This document shows, piece after piece, positions 38,016 through 47,337 of a stretch of 64,000 bases of DNA. The notes beneath the pieces are model-generated. The model made no database searches, was not told the DNA's origin, and saw only the letters and a list, made by a program, of their open reading frames with translations. A program made the position numbers and the translations under genes. Origin of the DNA: a virus; IMG/VR virus record IMGVR_UViG_3300021405_000010, positions 13,712 to 77,711 of that record; one strand, 5' to 3'. How positions within the stretch are numbered: position 1 is the stretch's first letter; every line of letters starts with the position of its first letter.

Positions 38016-38241
38016 GCTCAAAACGTCCCATCGGGAGATCTGATGAGGTCCGGGGATAACTGCAGTAAGACCGGGTGCCAATAAGCAGGGGCACCGATGG
38101 GAGGTTCTGAGCTTGTTTTTATCACGCCGAAATAATGGCAATGATAAACCTATGCCTCGGGGGACGCCCCGGGCTCTGTGCGTGGCCCCCGGGCACGGTC
38201 AGGCAGAGTAGAGCCGAGAAGGCGAATCTGACCGGGGGCAT
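38016..38241 (+). ncRNA. Candidate structured RNA (multibranch plus possible pseudoknot)
   Basis: Nested complementary stems across the intergenic gap; no family recognised. Confidence 0.4.
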
Positions 38242-38247
38242 CTGATT

Positions 38248-38490
38248 ATGGAATGGGTTCTTCTTGCACTGTTCTTGGGCTACTCCGGCCAATGCGCCCA
38301 CGAGAAACGGCAGCGCAAATGGGAACGGGAAGAACGCCGCTTCCAGCGGTGGCAGGAACAGGAGCTGAAAGAGTTCGTCGCTTCCTTGGAAGGTCTCTCC
38401 GAGGAGGAAAAAGCGGAACGCTGGAAAGCGCGTGGAGTCGCAATTCGTGCGGCCATTGTGTGCGCGGCAGCCGCCGCTTGCATCTTCTAA
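38248..38490 (+). CDS. Membrane-associated coiled-coil protein
   Basis: Hydrophobic ends with charged middle. Confidence 0.55.
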   Translation: MEWVLLALFLGYSGQCAHEKRQRKWEREERRFQRWQEQELKEFVASLEGLSEEEKAERWKARGVAIRAAIVCAAAAACIF

Positions 38491-38548
38491 AAAGCGTTGG
38501 GCATAACCACTTGACCCACAACAGCCCACAGGTCTATGGTGGGCGATT

Positions 38549-38740
38549 GTGCCAAGTTTAACGAACATCACGTTCCCCGATGAACTGTCTCCCGCTTTGC
38601 GCGAAGCGGTTGAGCACTACGGCTTTGAGAGTCTGGCCGCGTACTTCCGAATCTGCGGCCACGTCCTTCTTCAGCACCGCAAGCGGGACGAGTCCCTGAC
38701 TCTTCCGCTCACCTTTTTATGCAAGCCAAAACAAAAGTAA
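38549..38740 (+). CDS. Ribbon-helix-helix-like DNA-binding protein
   Basis: TNITFPDELSPAL...GFESLAAYFR. Confidence 0.55.
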   Translation: MPSLTNITFPDELSPALREAVEHYGFESLAAYFRICGHVLLQHRKRDESLTLPLTFLCKPKQK

Positions 38741-39234
38741 GAGACCGCAAATTCATGGGCATCCCGGTGCGTGAGGCACGGGCCGCGATGCACGTCCAAC
38801 CCAATAAAGATGACATCAAAGGTGCCACCAAAGAGGACCCCGAAAACTGTGCCTACGCGCGCTGCCTGAAACGGACACTGGACTGTCAGAATGTCTTTGT
38901 TTTCAGGTCAGTCGCCTATGTGGAAACCCTGGACGAACAGGGCAACCGGCTGATGGAACGCTACATGGTCAGAAAGCACGCCAAGGACTACCTCTTGAAG
39001 TTCGACGGGGGTGAAAGGGTTGGGCCCGGAGGCTTTGTCTTCCATGTGCCCCAACACGCCAAAACGCTTGATTACAAGATATCAGACTACCAAAGGCGAA
39101 AGAAGGCCGGTAAACCAACCAGCGGCCCCAAGAACACCGGGGCAAGGTTAGCTAAGCCCAAGTCCTACAATCTCAGGGACGGTAAAGGAGCCGTCCATTT
39201 CATCACCGCTGAACTGATCAGGGTCCACCGATGA
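38719..39234 (+). CDS. Hypothetical protein
   Basis: ORF in operon. Confidence 0.65.
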   Translation: MQAKTKVRDRKFMGIPVREARAAMHVQPNKDDIKGATKEDPENCAYARCLKRTLDCQNVFVFRSVAYVETLDEQGNRLMERYMVRKHAKDYLLKFDGGERVGPGGFVFHVPQHAKTLDYKISDYQRRKKAGKPTSGPKNTGARLAKPKSYNLRDGKGAVHFITAELIRVHR

Positions 39235-39345
39235 GTGAACCCAACTATTTCGGCCAGCTGATCGGCATTCTTCACGTTGAGGAATTACTCCGCTTGCAAA
39301 AGCGATGCCGGATGCAGAAGAAAGTCGTCCTGGCGGCGATCCTGA

Positions 39346-39696
39346 ATGATGAAATCGAGGAGCGGGAGGGTATGGCTAGTGATGGAAAAGCATGACGCAT
39401 TTAGCCAGCTCAACTCCGAAGACCAGAAGGCGGCAATCGATGTGGCGGTTGCCGCTGTCCTGATCGGCCTGCGGATCCCCTCTACGGGAAAACCCCTCTA
39501 CGACTGGATGGCGACCGAATTCTCCAGCACCCGCACCCTGCCGCCCAACGTCGTTAAATACGCTCTGCGGAGCCTGGGGCAGGCCCTCTTCCGGCAGAAC
39601 TGGACCCTGGTGATCGAGAAGGATAAAGACGGCATCATCACCAAATTCACGCCGGAATGGAAGGAGGGAGACGATGGCGACCAAATCCTACAATAG
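39346..39696 (+). CDS. Hypothetical protein
   Basis: Start uncertain. Confidence 0.55.
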   Translation: MMKSRSGRVWLVMEKHDAFSQLNSEDQKAAIDVAVAAVLIGLRIPSTGKPLYDWMATEFSSTRTLPPNVVKYALRSLGQALFRQNWTLVIEKDKDGIITKFTPEWKEGDDGDQILQ

Positions 39697-39973
39697 CCGC
39701 GACATGCCGGTGATGGCCAAGCAGTGCTCGACCTGTGTGTTTGCCAAAAAGGAGGACGGTAAATGGTTAAACCCGGAGCTGGCCGAGATGGTGGAGGAGC
39801 GGATGCTCAGGGTCTCCCAGATCTGCCATCACCCGGCGCTCAAGGGTAAAAAGCAGACTCACCTTTGCCGAGGCACCCGCGACCGGCAGATCGAGTACTT
39901 CTACCGGATCGGGTTCCTGCCGGAGTGCACCGATGAAGCTTGGCAGGCCAAGCGGAAGGAGCTGGGTTGTTGA
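39674..39973 (+). CDS. Cys/His metal-binding protein
   Basis: CSTCVF...ICHH...LCRG. Confidence 0.7.
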   Translation: MATKSYNSRDMPVMAKQCSTCVFAKKEDGKWLNPELAEMVEERMLRVSQICHHPALKGKKQTHLCRGTRDRQIEYFYRIGFLPECTDEAWQAKRKELGC

Positions 39974-40131
39974 AGGACTGGACCACCCGCGACTGGACCA
40001 GCGTCATCTGCGGCTGGATCGGCGGGATGATTGCCGTCGAGGTCATCCCGGAGAGCGGGTACAAGCTGGTCCTGGTCTTTTTCGCCGGGTTCTGCGTAGC
40101 CTGGGCCATACGCGGCCTGATCCCGCGCTAA
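39940..40131 (+). CDS. Two-TM membrane protein
   Basis: Hydrophobic; start uncertain. Confidence 0.5.
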   Translation: MAGQAEGAGLLKDWTTRDWTSVICGWIGGMIAVEVIPESGYKLVLVFFAGFCVAWAIRGLIPR

Positions 40132-40295
40132 ACGAAGAAGCCGTCCAGGATTCCGAGGCCCTGGACGGCAAGTCGTATGCAAGTCAAATAAACAAACCGT
40201 AGTTGTTCCCGATAGGAACTAAACAGATTCACTCATTATACCCGGTTGAAAGACTCGCATTCGGTAGAGGGAAAATCAAGAAAAGAGTGTTTTTG

Positions 40296-40361
40296 CTTAC
40301 GCAAGTGCCTCAAAATCAGCGTTTTTTTCGGCAAATTGCCGAACCTGCAACGTTGAGCATG
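40296..40361 (+). repeat. 66-bp dispersed repeat copy C
   Basis: cttacgcaagtgcctcaaaatcagcgtttttttcggcaaattgccgaacctgcaacgttgagcatg. Confidence 0.95.
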
Positions 40362-40376
40362 CCCACGGGTATAACG

Positions 40377-40907
40377 TTATGGATCGACCCAGCCAACGGT
40401 CGAACTGCCAGCCGTGACCGGAGCCAGGACCCAGCAGTGTCCGTCATTCATGGTGTACCACATATCGCCCAGGTTGGCCCCGTAGGTAGGCAGGCTGCCA
40501 GCCCCCGATAGCTCACCCATGTAGCGGGTGGTGAGGATCCGGCCATCGGGCATCGTGTCGTTCTCATAAGTGCCGATCGGGCGGATATGGAGCAGCTTGG
40601 CTCGAGGTGCCGATGCCGTGGCCGGTATCGGCAGCGCCCGGCGCACAGGCACAGGATCTGGCAAGGGCGGAGCGGGTGTGGGATTAACCAGGATCGCGCC
40701 TGGGTATGGCGCTGGGCTCGCTGCCGGAGTCCGGGGCTTAAAGGAGGACATAATCCCCATCACGGTGAGCCCCAGGAGGACGCCCGTGGATAGATAACCC
40801 AGGAACGCCACGAACTCCGGCTTCTGCGGCTTTTTGGACTTCGGGCGGACCTGGAAACGCTCCTCTTTGGGGAGCGTGGTTTCAAAACGATCTGAATAGA
40901 TTTGCAT
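40377..40907 (-). CDS. Single-TM protein with Pro linker and tail-fibre-like module
   Basis: TM FLGYLSTGVLLGLTVMGIM; YMGEL...LP..GDMWY..DGHCWV...WVDP. Confidence 0.7.
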   Translation of the reverse strand: MQIYSDRFETTLPKEERFQVRPKSKKPQKPEFVAFLGYLSTGVLLGLTVMGIMSSFKPRTPAASPAPYPGAILVNPTPAPPLPDPVPVRRALPIPATASAPRAKLLHIRPIGTYENDTMPDGRILTTRYMGELSGAGSLPTYGANLGDMWYTMNDGHCWVLAPVTAGSSTVGWVDP

Positions 40908-40915
40908 ACGTTGCC

Positions 40916-40944
40916 ATCCTACCCCGGCAACGTTGGGCATGCAA
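40916..40944 (-). promoter_or_regulatory. sigma70-like promoter with ATGCCCAACGTT operator
   Basis: TTGCAT-17-TAGGAT, 8 nt before ATG. Confidence 0.6.
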
Positions 40945-40946
40945 CT

Positions 40947-41429
40947 TTATTGCGGCCACTGGGTGGCCGGGTCCGATTCGTCCCCCTCGCCCTCGGGCGG
41001 CGGCTGGGCCGGAGGAGCTGTCTGAGATGGCGCTGGGGCGTTGCCAGGACCTCCCACAGCGCCTTTCTGGGCCGGGAAGGGTATGGTAGCTCCTTGAGGC
41101 CCGGTGGGGGCTGCTGGGGCGTTTATGGGAGCCTGGGTGCTTTGAGCCTGCTGGGCCTCTGCGGCACCCTGGGTGTCGGCCTGTTTCTGGATAGCGCCCC
41201 GCTGTTTAATCGCGGCAGTATCGATGTCGCTGGGCCCCAGGCCCTCGCTGCCGCCGGTCTGCGCGGCTTGCATCTTACCGGCGCTGGCCTCGCGCGCGGC
41301 CTGGAGCTTGTCCAGCTCCTTTTCCACCTCGGCGCTGAAATCGGTGCCGCCCAGCTGAGCGGCTCCATGGCGCTTCATCTGCTCCATCTCTTCGTCACTG
41401 AACTGATCTGGGATCGATTGTTTTGGCAT
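40947..41429 (-). CDS. Low-complexity Ala/Gln/Pro-rich protein
   Basis: Own promoter upstream. Confidence 0.65.
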   Translation of the reverse strand: MPKQSIPDQFSDEEMEQMKRHGAAQLGGTDFSAEVEKELDKLQAAREASAGKMQAAQTGGSEGLGPSDIDTAAIKQRGAIQKQADTQGAAEAQQAQSTQAPINAPAAPTGPQGATIPFPAQKGAVGGPGNAPAPSQTAPPAQPPPEGEGDESDPATQWPQ

Positions 41430-41434
41430 ATGAC

Positions 41435-41464
41435 ATTATAGCTCAACGTTGGGCATAAGATCAA
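41435..41464 (-). promoter_or_regulatory. sigma70-like leaderless promoter with palindromic operator
   Basis: TTGATC-18-TATAAT; spacer ATGCCCAACGTTGAGC. Confidence 0.65.
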
Positions 41465-44400
41465 GCCGCTTCCTCTAATCCGGGCGCGGCGGGAGCTTCC
41501 AGGTGCTCGCGGGAGAGGCCGTGCTTACCCAGAAACTCGTCGGCATACCGCTTGAGGTATTTATCGATCTTCTCCTCGCTCTCGCCGCCGGTCCTCTTCT
41601 TGGCCAGGGTGGTGCGGAGGGCGTCGAGCTTGTCGTCGCGCGCTTTCTCGTCCTGGTAGTGCTGCTGGAGTTCTTTAGAGGTCATCGCCTTACCCTCGGT
41701 CGGGAAGGCTTTATCCCAGGTCTCGTCAAAGCTCCCTTTTTCGGCTCCCTGGCCGCCGGTCCAGCCCTGCTTTTCCCAGTGATGCTTTTCCGCGTACCAG
41801 AGGATAGCCTGGAGATCGTCGGGGTTAATCCCGATCTTGTCCGCCGCGTGTTTCATCGCGTCCTGGCTGAAGGCGAAGTCGAGGCTATTAACTCCCGGCT
41901 CGGCTGCTGACTGCGGTCGCCAGCCTTTCTTTTCGCCAGCGTGCTCGTGACCCAGCCGGTGCAAGTGCCGGGCCGCCCAGACGTCGATCGTGGCTGCGAG
42001 CGTCCTACCGGTCAGGTTCCCGGCGAAATTGGGAGTCTTGGGTGCGCCCACCTCGTCGAGCCACTTCCCGGCCAGGACTTTTAAGACCTGTTCCGAATTG
42101 GAGTTGTACTTGGCCCCGTTCTGCTTCTTGGGAATGATGTCATGGTGGTCGATCCAGCGCGCCATCGCTGCCGCGTCAGTCTTTGGTGCCTCCTCGCCTT
42201 CTTTTAAGATCCCCTGCTCGCGCATCTTCTGGTTGAGGGCCTCGTAACCCCCATCCTGCATCGCGGAATAGGCTTCCTTGTACTTCTCGACGTGCCGGTC
42301 GAACTTCCCGGCCTTGTGCTGCTCAAAAGCGTCCAGGGCCTGGATAAAGTTATCCCTGACCGGCGTCTTGGCCGAGGTGGCTCCCAGGAGCTGGGCGAAT
42401 AACTCGTGATCCTCGCTGGCCTTACCCTCTTCACCGGCCCCGAAGACCTTGGCCATCTTGTCCCGCATCCGGCTGTACCAGCCCTTCCCGGCGGCGATAT
42501 CGGGCTGATCCTTGATTGCCTGATAGCTCTCGTGGATCTTGTCGCCCATCGTCTTAACCGCGCTGGCTTTTCGCATCGCGGAGAGCCTCCGGCGCTCGGT
42601 CTGGTTCAGGTGCTTGTGCTCGTCCTCGCCTAGTGTGTCCTCGTGCTTGTCCGCTCCTTCCAGCTGGCCAAGAGCCTTCTTTTTCTTCTGCAGGAAGGGG
42701 AGGTTCGCGACGTCGTAATCGGTCTTTTCCCAGACCGGGTTCAGGCCCGGATCGTGCTGCACGCCGCCAGCCTCGTTGCGCTGGACTTTAAGCGGGATCG
42801 CGGATGGATGAGCGTTCTGGCGTCCGATCGAGGCGGCCACCCGCTTCTCCAGATACGACTGCCGCTCGGCCTCGTTCTTGGGATCCTTCATCCACGCCTT
42901 GTCAGCGGCCCCGGCGGGTTTAGTCAGCTTCTCTTCAGCTTCCGGCTCGGGTGCCGGAGCTGGTTTGGCCGCTTTGGGTTTCTTGACCACGGTTGGTAAC
43001 GGCTCATCGGGACCCGGAGGTGCAGCCGGTGGTTCTTCAGGAGCCACCTCTGGCTTTACCACAGGCTCTGGGGGCGCTTTTGGCACCGGTTTTGGCTTAG
43101 GAGCCTTGGGAACCGGCGTGGGCGCGGCTACGGGCGTTTCTGGCGTATCGGGCTCACTTTCGGGCTCTGCGGCAGGCTGTGGTGCTGGTGTGGCCGCCGC
43201 TGGCTTGGACGGCTTGGAGGGCAGCGGCACCTCGGCGGCTTTTTTGCGGTAGTCGTCCACGTTCAGCTTCCCACCCACCCACTGCTTGCGCAGGTTGTCA
43301 CGCATCTGCGTATGCTCTTCGGGCGTGAGGGATTCTGGATCATCCTCGTAAGGTGTAATCAGGCCGCCCGAGCCGCCAATAAAGCGGTAATCACCTGGAT
43401 CTTCACCCAGGTCTTTTAACCGGCCCCGGGCTTCCAGCTCGGTAATCCGGTGCTCGGAGAAGTCGCGCTCAATCTCGTTAATCGTTTTATTGTCCAAGAA
43501 GGTGTGGTGGAGGCTGGCGGCGATCGGGATATCGGGTCGCCCCCGCTCGCTCGTCCTGGCAATCGACTTGGTCAGCTCCTGGAACTCTTTCCCGGGCCGG
43601 ATCGTCTCGGGCATGTGCTCTTCGCCAGGGTGGATCTCGTGGATCAGGCCGGTCTTAAAACTCCTGATACTGGGCTCAAGGACCCGCTCGCGCCAGCCGG
43701 GCTCGTGCTCCTCGATATCGTGCCGCATCCGGTTGGTCTCGCCCTTCTCAGTGATCAGGCTTCCGTTGATCCTGGCCAGCTCCCGGATCGCCTTGGCGTC
43801 CCCGTGTTTGGCGAAAGCGGCGGTGTTGTTAATCACCGTCCCGATGAAGTCCGCTTCCTTCCTGCTGAGCTTGTAGGGCACATGCTCCCGGTCGGGCTCA
43901 TTGGGATGCTCTGCGGTGCCGGTCACGTAACCCCGGCCCGTCGCGGTATGACCGGCCAGCAAGTTGTGGTAATAGCCTTCCAGGTCGTTGTAGAACTTGG
44001 CTCCCAGCTTCTGGTAAGGGGTTTTACGCCCCATGGCGGCCAGCTTGTCGTTGGTGTGCTGGAAGTTGTTAGCCAGGATATTAGTCGAGATCCCCTGGAT
44101 GTAGCTGTCGTGCGATTCCCCTTTTTTGCCGGGGAGCTTAATCCCCACGCTCAGCGGAATCATGCTGTGGCCCACCAGCTGCCCTTCGGTTGTCCCCATC
44201 AGGCGCGCTTCGGGGCTGTGCTCGTCGTACTGGATCTTACGCGTATCGCGGGTGGGGAACTTGGCCGCTTCCTTGGGCGCGGAGATGTAGCTGATGTGCA
44301 TCGGGCTCTTATCCGCGATCGCCGTCTCGGCTTGGCCCAGGAGCTGGCGCTGTCGTCCCTGCCTGCCATGGGGCAGTCCTTGCAGGAGGTCGTTGTGAAG

Positions 44401-46530
44401 CACGTCCCCTTCGACAAAATGCTCGCCCTTGATGTAGCCATCGGCCTGTTTTTTGACCCTGGGGTCATCCGGCGAGAGCCCTGCGGCGTGCGCTTTTAAA
44501 GCCTGCGGCAACGTCATGCCTGCGAAGGCATCGGGCCCCTGCGGGTTCGGGTCGCCATGGGTGCTGCCTGCCGGGCGGCCCGTGAATTCGGTTGGCTCGG
44601 GCTGTGCCTTGGGCCTGGGAGGCGGCTGATCCTTGGGCGGTGGCGCTGGCTTGGGTGGTGCCTGGGCGGCTTGAGGCTGCCGGGTCGGTGCCTGCTGGGA
44701 AGGCGTAACCGTAACCGGAACCTTCGCGCTGGGCGCGGGAGGAGGTGGCGCTTGCTGAGCGGGTGGCCCTGCAAGCTGCGGCTGGGGGCGTCCTGGTGCC
44801 GCCGGAGGGGCTTTAGCGCCCGGGGTGATCTTGGGATATTTCCCGGGCATCAGTTGCTTCGCGGAGACGGGCGTAAAGGGAACCTTGGCCAGCTGGATGG
44901 TTTGACCGCTTGGCGCTGGCGGTGCCGTCGTTTGGAGCGGCCCAAGGCCCTTGCCGGGCGCTACATTCTGACTGCTTTGAGCGAAATTGACGGCTTCTTG
45001 ACGGGTAAAGCCCCGCTTCATCATCGCCGCGACCAGGGGATTTTCCGGCTCTGGGGCCGCGCCCTCTTGCGGCTGCCGCTGGCCGCCGCCGCGCAATACA
45101 GAGGCGAGCGCACCTCCGACTAAACCACTAAGATCTGCTCCTCCGCCTGATGGCGCTGGAGGGCCTTCGTTTGAGATGTGACCTCCGCCGCCGCCGGAGA
45201 TTGGCGGGGGTGGTGTTGGCGGAGGAGCTGCGGAGCCGCCGCTTCCCGTGGGTATTGAGAATAGCGGCTGGCCTGCCAGTGCTCCTCCCGGGGATGGGGA
45301 TACTGGTGTTGTCGGGCCGCCGCCTTTCGGTGCTCCGCCTGACTGGCCACCGCCGCCGCTAGAAACAAGGTCCTTGCCGCTGCCTCCGGCGGCAACCTTT
45401 TGGGCACCGGCAATATATTGCCCTGCCTCATTAGGACGCCTGATTGAGCCGAAGGTTTCCCCCATGTTGGCTACGCTGCCTTTGTTAGCTAAAAAATGTT
45501 CAACGGACCTGACGAAGGCATCCGCCGAGGCTTGTGGATTAAATTGATCGCTGCCGTTGGTATAGGCCGTTTGACCTTGCCCAAATTGGAAAAGACCCGC
45601 TGAACCTCCAGGATCGGCGGCGTTATAGGATCTGGTATTAAGATCAGATTCCTGTTTGGCAACGGCTAGGCCAAAGGCAGCCCATTCGGCGGCGGATCCG
45701 GTTTTTATCCCCCACCTTGCGCCATCGGGAGGCACATAGTTAACAAGGGGCGAATGAGAAAACTTGCCCAGAAGATAGCTGTACAAGGCTACGGGATCGA
45801 CGGCATTGTTCTTTCCGGCCTGAAGCGTATTTACTGGCGCTGGCGGCTTCTGTGGTTGCGCGGGTTGCGGGGAGGGTTGAAGCGCGGCTGACTTGGGCGC
45901 TGGCGTCTTTCCAGTCACCGTTGTCGGCTGCTGGCCATTAACGATGGCTTGAGCTTCGCCCGGGCTTTTGCCTTGGGTGATCAGAGCGTTGACCTGAGTC
46001 TGTGGATCCGGTTGATCCTCGGCGATCGTCGGGTAAGTGGTGGGCTGCGGCTGGGGTGGTGCCTGTGGCTGCTGGAACTGAGATGGTAGTTGCGATTGCG
46101 GCGGCTGCTCTTTGATTACCGGATCTGGAGGCTGCCACTGAGATTGGGTTGCAGGCTGCTCTTTGATCAATGGATCTGGCGGCGTCCATCCCTTTGCAGT
46201 GTCGGCCTTGGCGGCGGGTTCTTTAATTAAAGGGTCTGGCGGTTTCCATCCTTGTCCGTTCTGCGAGGGAGCCGGATCAACGATCTGTCCTGATCCTACC
46301 CGTTGTTGGGGGTTTTCTTGGAGGGCGGCAGTCTGGGCAGGAGTTAGCTGGGGTCCAGCCGTGGAGGCTTCGGGAGCGGCGGCTGCCGGAGCGATGAATC
46401 CCTGCTTGGGATCCAGTCCTACGTCTTGAGCGTTTTCCGGTGTTAAGACGTTCGGGAGACCAGCGTATTGACCAGCCTGCTGCAAAGCTGCACCAATCTG
46501 TTCCTTCGTAGGAGGGGCAGCGGCGGCCAT
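41461..46530 (-). CDS. Giant internal virion/ejection (polyvalent) protein with lysozyme/SLT-like and C-terminal HhH-glycosylase-like (DUF7178-type) domains
   Basis: AKQES...GLFQF; WY...LGATS...KTPNFAGNL...TIDVWAAR...LQAILW; start revised to MAAAAPP. Confidence 0.75.
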   Translation of the reverse strand: MAAAAPPTKEQIGAALQQAGQYAGLPNVLTPENAQDVGLDPKQGFIAPAAAAPEASTAGPQLTPAQTAALQENPQQRVGSGQIVDPAPSQNGQGWKPPDPLIKEPAAKADTAKGWTPPDPLIKEQPATQSQWQPPDPVIKEQPPQSQLPSQFQQPQAPPQPQPTTYPTIAEDQPDPQTQVNALITQGKSPGEAQAIVNGQQPTTVTGKTPAPKSAALQPSPQPAQPQKPPAPVNTLQAGKNNAVDPVALYSYLLGKFSHSPLVNYVPPDGARWGIKTGSAAEWAAFGLAVAKQESDLNTRSYNAADPGGSAGLFQFGQGQTAYTNGSDQFNPQASADAFVRSVEHFLANKGSVANMGETFGSIRRPNEAGQYIAGAQKVAAGGSGKDLVSSGGGGQSGGAPKGGGPTTPVSPSPGGALAGQPLFSIPTGSGGSAAPPPTPPPPISGGGGGHISNEGPPAPSGGGADLSGLVGGALASVLRGGGQRQPQEGAAPEPENPLVAAMMKRGFTRQEAVNFAQSSQNVAPGKGLGPLQTTAPPAPSGQTIQLAKVPFTPVSAKQLMPGKYPKITPGAKAPPAAPGRPQPQLAGPPAQQAPPPPAPSAKVPVTVTPSQQAPTRQPQAAQAPPKPAPPPKDQPPPRPKAQPEPTEFTGRPAGSTHGDPNPQGPDAFAGMTLPQALKAHAAGLSPDDPRVKKQADGYIKGEHFVEGDVLHNDLLQGLPHGRQGRQRQLLGQAETAIADKSPMHISYISAPKEAAKFPTRDTRKIQYDEHSPEARLMGTTEGQLVGHSMIPLSVGIKLPGKKGESHDSYIQGISTNILANNFQHTNDKLAAMGRKTPYQKLGAKFYNDLEGYYHNLLAGHTATGRGYVTGTAEHPNEPDREHVPYKLSRKEADFIGTVINNTAAFAKHGDAKAIRELARINGSLITEKGETNRMRHDIEEHEPGWRERVLEPSIRSFKTGLIHEIHPGEEHMPETIRPGKEFQELTKSIARTSERGRPDIPIAASLHHTFLDNKTINEIERDFSEHRITELEARGRLKDLGEDPGDYRFIGGSGGLITPYEDDPESLTPEEHTQMRDNLRKQWVGGKLNVDDYRKKAAEVPLPSKPSKPAAATPAPQPAAEPESEPDTPETPVAAPTPVPKAPKPKPVPKAPPEPVVKPEVAPEEPPAAPPGPDEPLPTVVKKPKAAKPAPAPEPEAEEKLTKPAGAADKAWMKDPKNEAERQSYLEKRVAASIGRQNAHPSAIPLKVQRNEAGGVQHDPGLNPVWEKTDYDVANLPFLQKKKKALGQLEGADKHEDTLGEDEHKHLNQTERRRLSAMRKASAVKTMGDKIHESYQAIKDQPDIAAGKGWYSRMRDKMAKVFGAGEEGKASEDHELFAQLLGATSAKTPVRDNFIQALDAFEQHKAGKFDRHVEKYKEAYSAMQDGGYEALNQKMREQGILKEGEEAPKTDAAAMARWIDHHDIIPKKQNGAKYNSNSEQVLKVLAGKWLDEVGAPKTPNFAGNLTGRTLAATIDVWAARHLHRLGHEHAGEKKGWRPQSAAEPGVNSLDFAFSQDAMKHAADKIGINPDDLQAILWYAEKHHWEKQGWTGGQGAEKGSFDETWDKAFPTEGKAMTSKELQQHYQDEKARDDKLDALRTTLAKKRTGGESEEKIDKYLKRYADEFLGKHGLSREHLEAPAAPGLEEAA

Positions 46531-46531
46531 T

Positions 46532-47149
46532 TTACAACCCCCAATCCTCCAGCATTCGCTCCACCGCTTCCAAGAGACCTTCTTCGTCCTTGTTCTGGGC
46601 CGCACGCAATTTGGTCATGGCTTGAGACCAGCGTTTCGTGCGTTCGTCCTCTTCAGGCACTTCGATTATAGGCATCTCGATTTCCTTTGGTTTTGGCGAC
46701 TTGGGAGTTCTGGCCAGCTTGCGTAAATCCTTGACGTACTTTTTACCTTGATGTGAAGTGAATTTGCCCGTGACTGGACTTAAGTCCTTCTCCGACAGGA
46801 TGGGTTTGTCTATTCCTGTGGACGTTTTCTGCAGCTCTTTGTGGATTTCGAGCATTTTAAGTTGCTCGTAAACAGCGTTTACGCTTCGACTCAGGCGCTG
46901 CTCGCAATACTCTTTGAAGGTCTCGGCGTAAACGAGGTACAGCTTGTCGTCGCGGATCTCTCTAAGCGCCTCGGCGGCCTTGAAGAAGTTCTGATTGATC
47001 TGGCTTTCCAGTTCTTCCAGCCGATTCCTTGGTTGAGACTTGCTTACACCGTAATCGCCAAATAGATTCTTTTTGGATATCAACATGGCCCCATCGTAGG
47101 AAAACCTGCGGTGGGGCTCAATCGTTTTCAGGGTGGTCGTCATTGGCAA
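46532..47149 (-). CDS. Putative DNA-binding protein (moron), paralog of 5228..6112
   Basis: ALREIRDDKLY...TFKEYCEQRL. Confidence 0.65.
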   Translation of the reverse strand: MPMTTTLKTIEPHRRFSYDGAMLISKKNLFGDYGVSKSQPRNRLEELESQINQNFFKAAEALREIRDDKLYLVYAETFKEYCEQRLSRSVNAVYEQLKMLEIHKELQKTSTGIDKPILSEKDLSPVTGKFTSHQGKKYVKDLRKLARTPKSPKPKEIEMPIIEVPEEDERTKRWSQAMTKLRAAQNKDEEGLLEAVERMLEDWGL

Positions 47150-47337
47150 AACAGGAGATAAGACAGCAGGATCACGAGAAGAAGAACGATGACCGTCACG
47201 AGAATTGCGATCTGTTGTTGTTCTTCAGTTCTTCTCTGGGTGTTCTCTCTGGCGAGTTGAGCCGGTGTCATTCGCAGGAGACGGTTGGTTTCGTCCTGCT
47301 TGTCCACGATGGCCCACAAGATGAGGAAGGTGATCAT
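47140..47337 (-). CDS. Small membrane protein (moron)
   Basis: C-terminal TM; promoter TTTATA-17-TATGCT 6 nt upstream. Confidence 0.6.
   Translation of the reverse strand: MITFLILWAIVDKQDETNRLLRMTPAQLARENTQRRTEEQQQIAILVTVIVLLLVILLSYLLFCQ

Noticed and set aside
38040-38131. CTGATGA suggested a hammerhead ribozyme; cccATC/GATggg plus GGTGCCAAT suggested SAM-I; GGCGAAT at 38221 suggested HDV-like
   Set aside because: No GAAA after stem II, no GCAACC core, and no room for P3/L3/P1.1; kept only as an unknown structured RNA.
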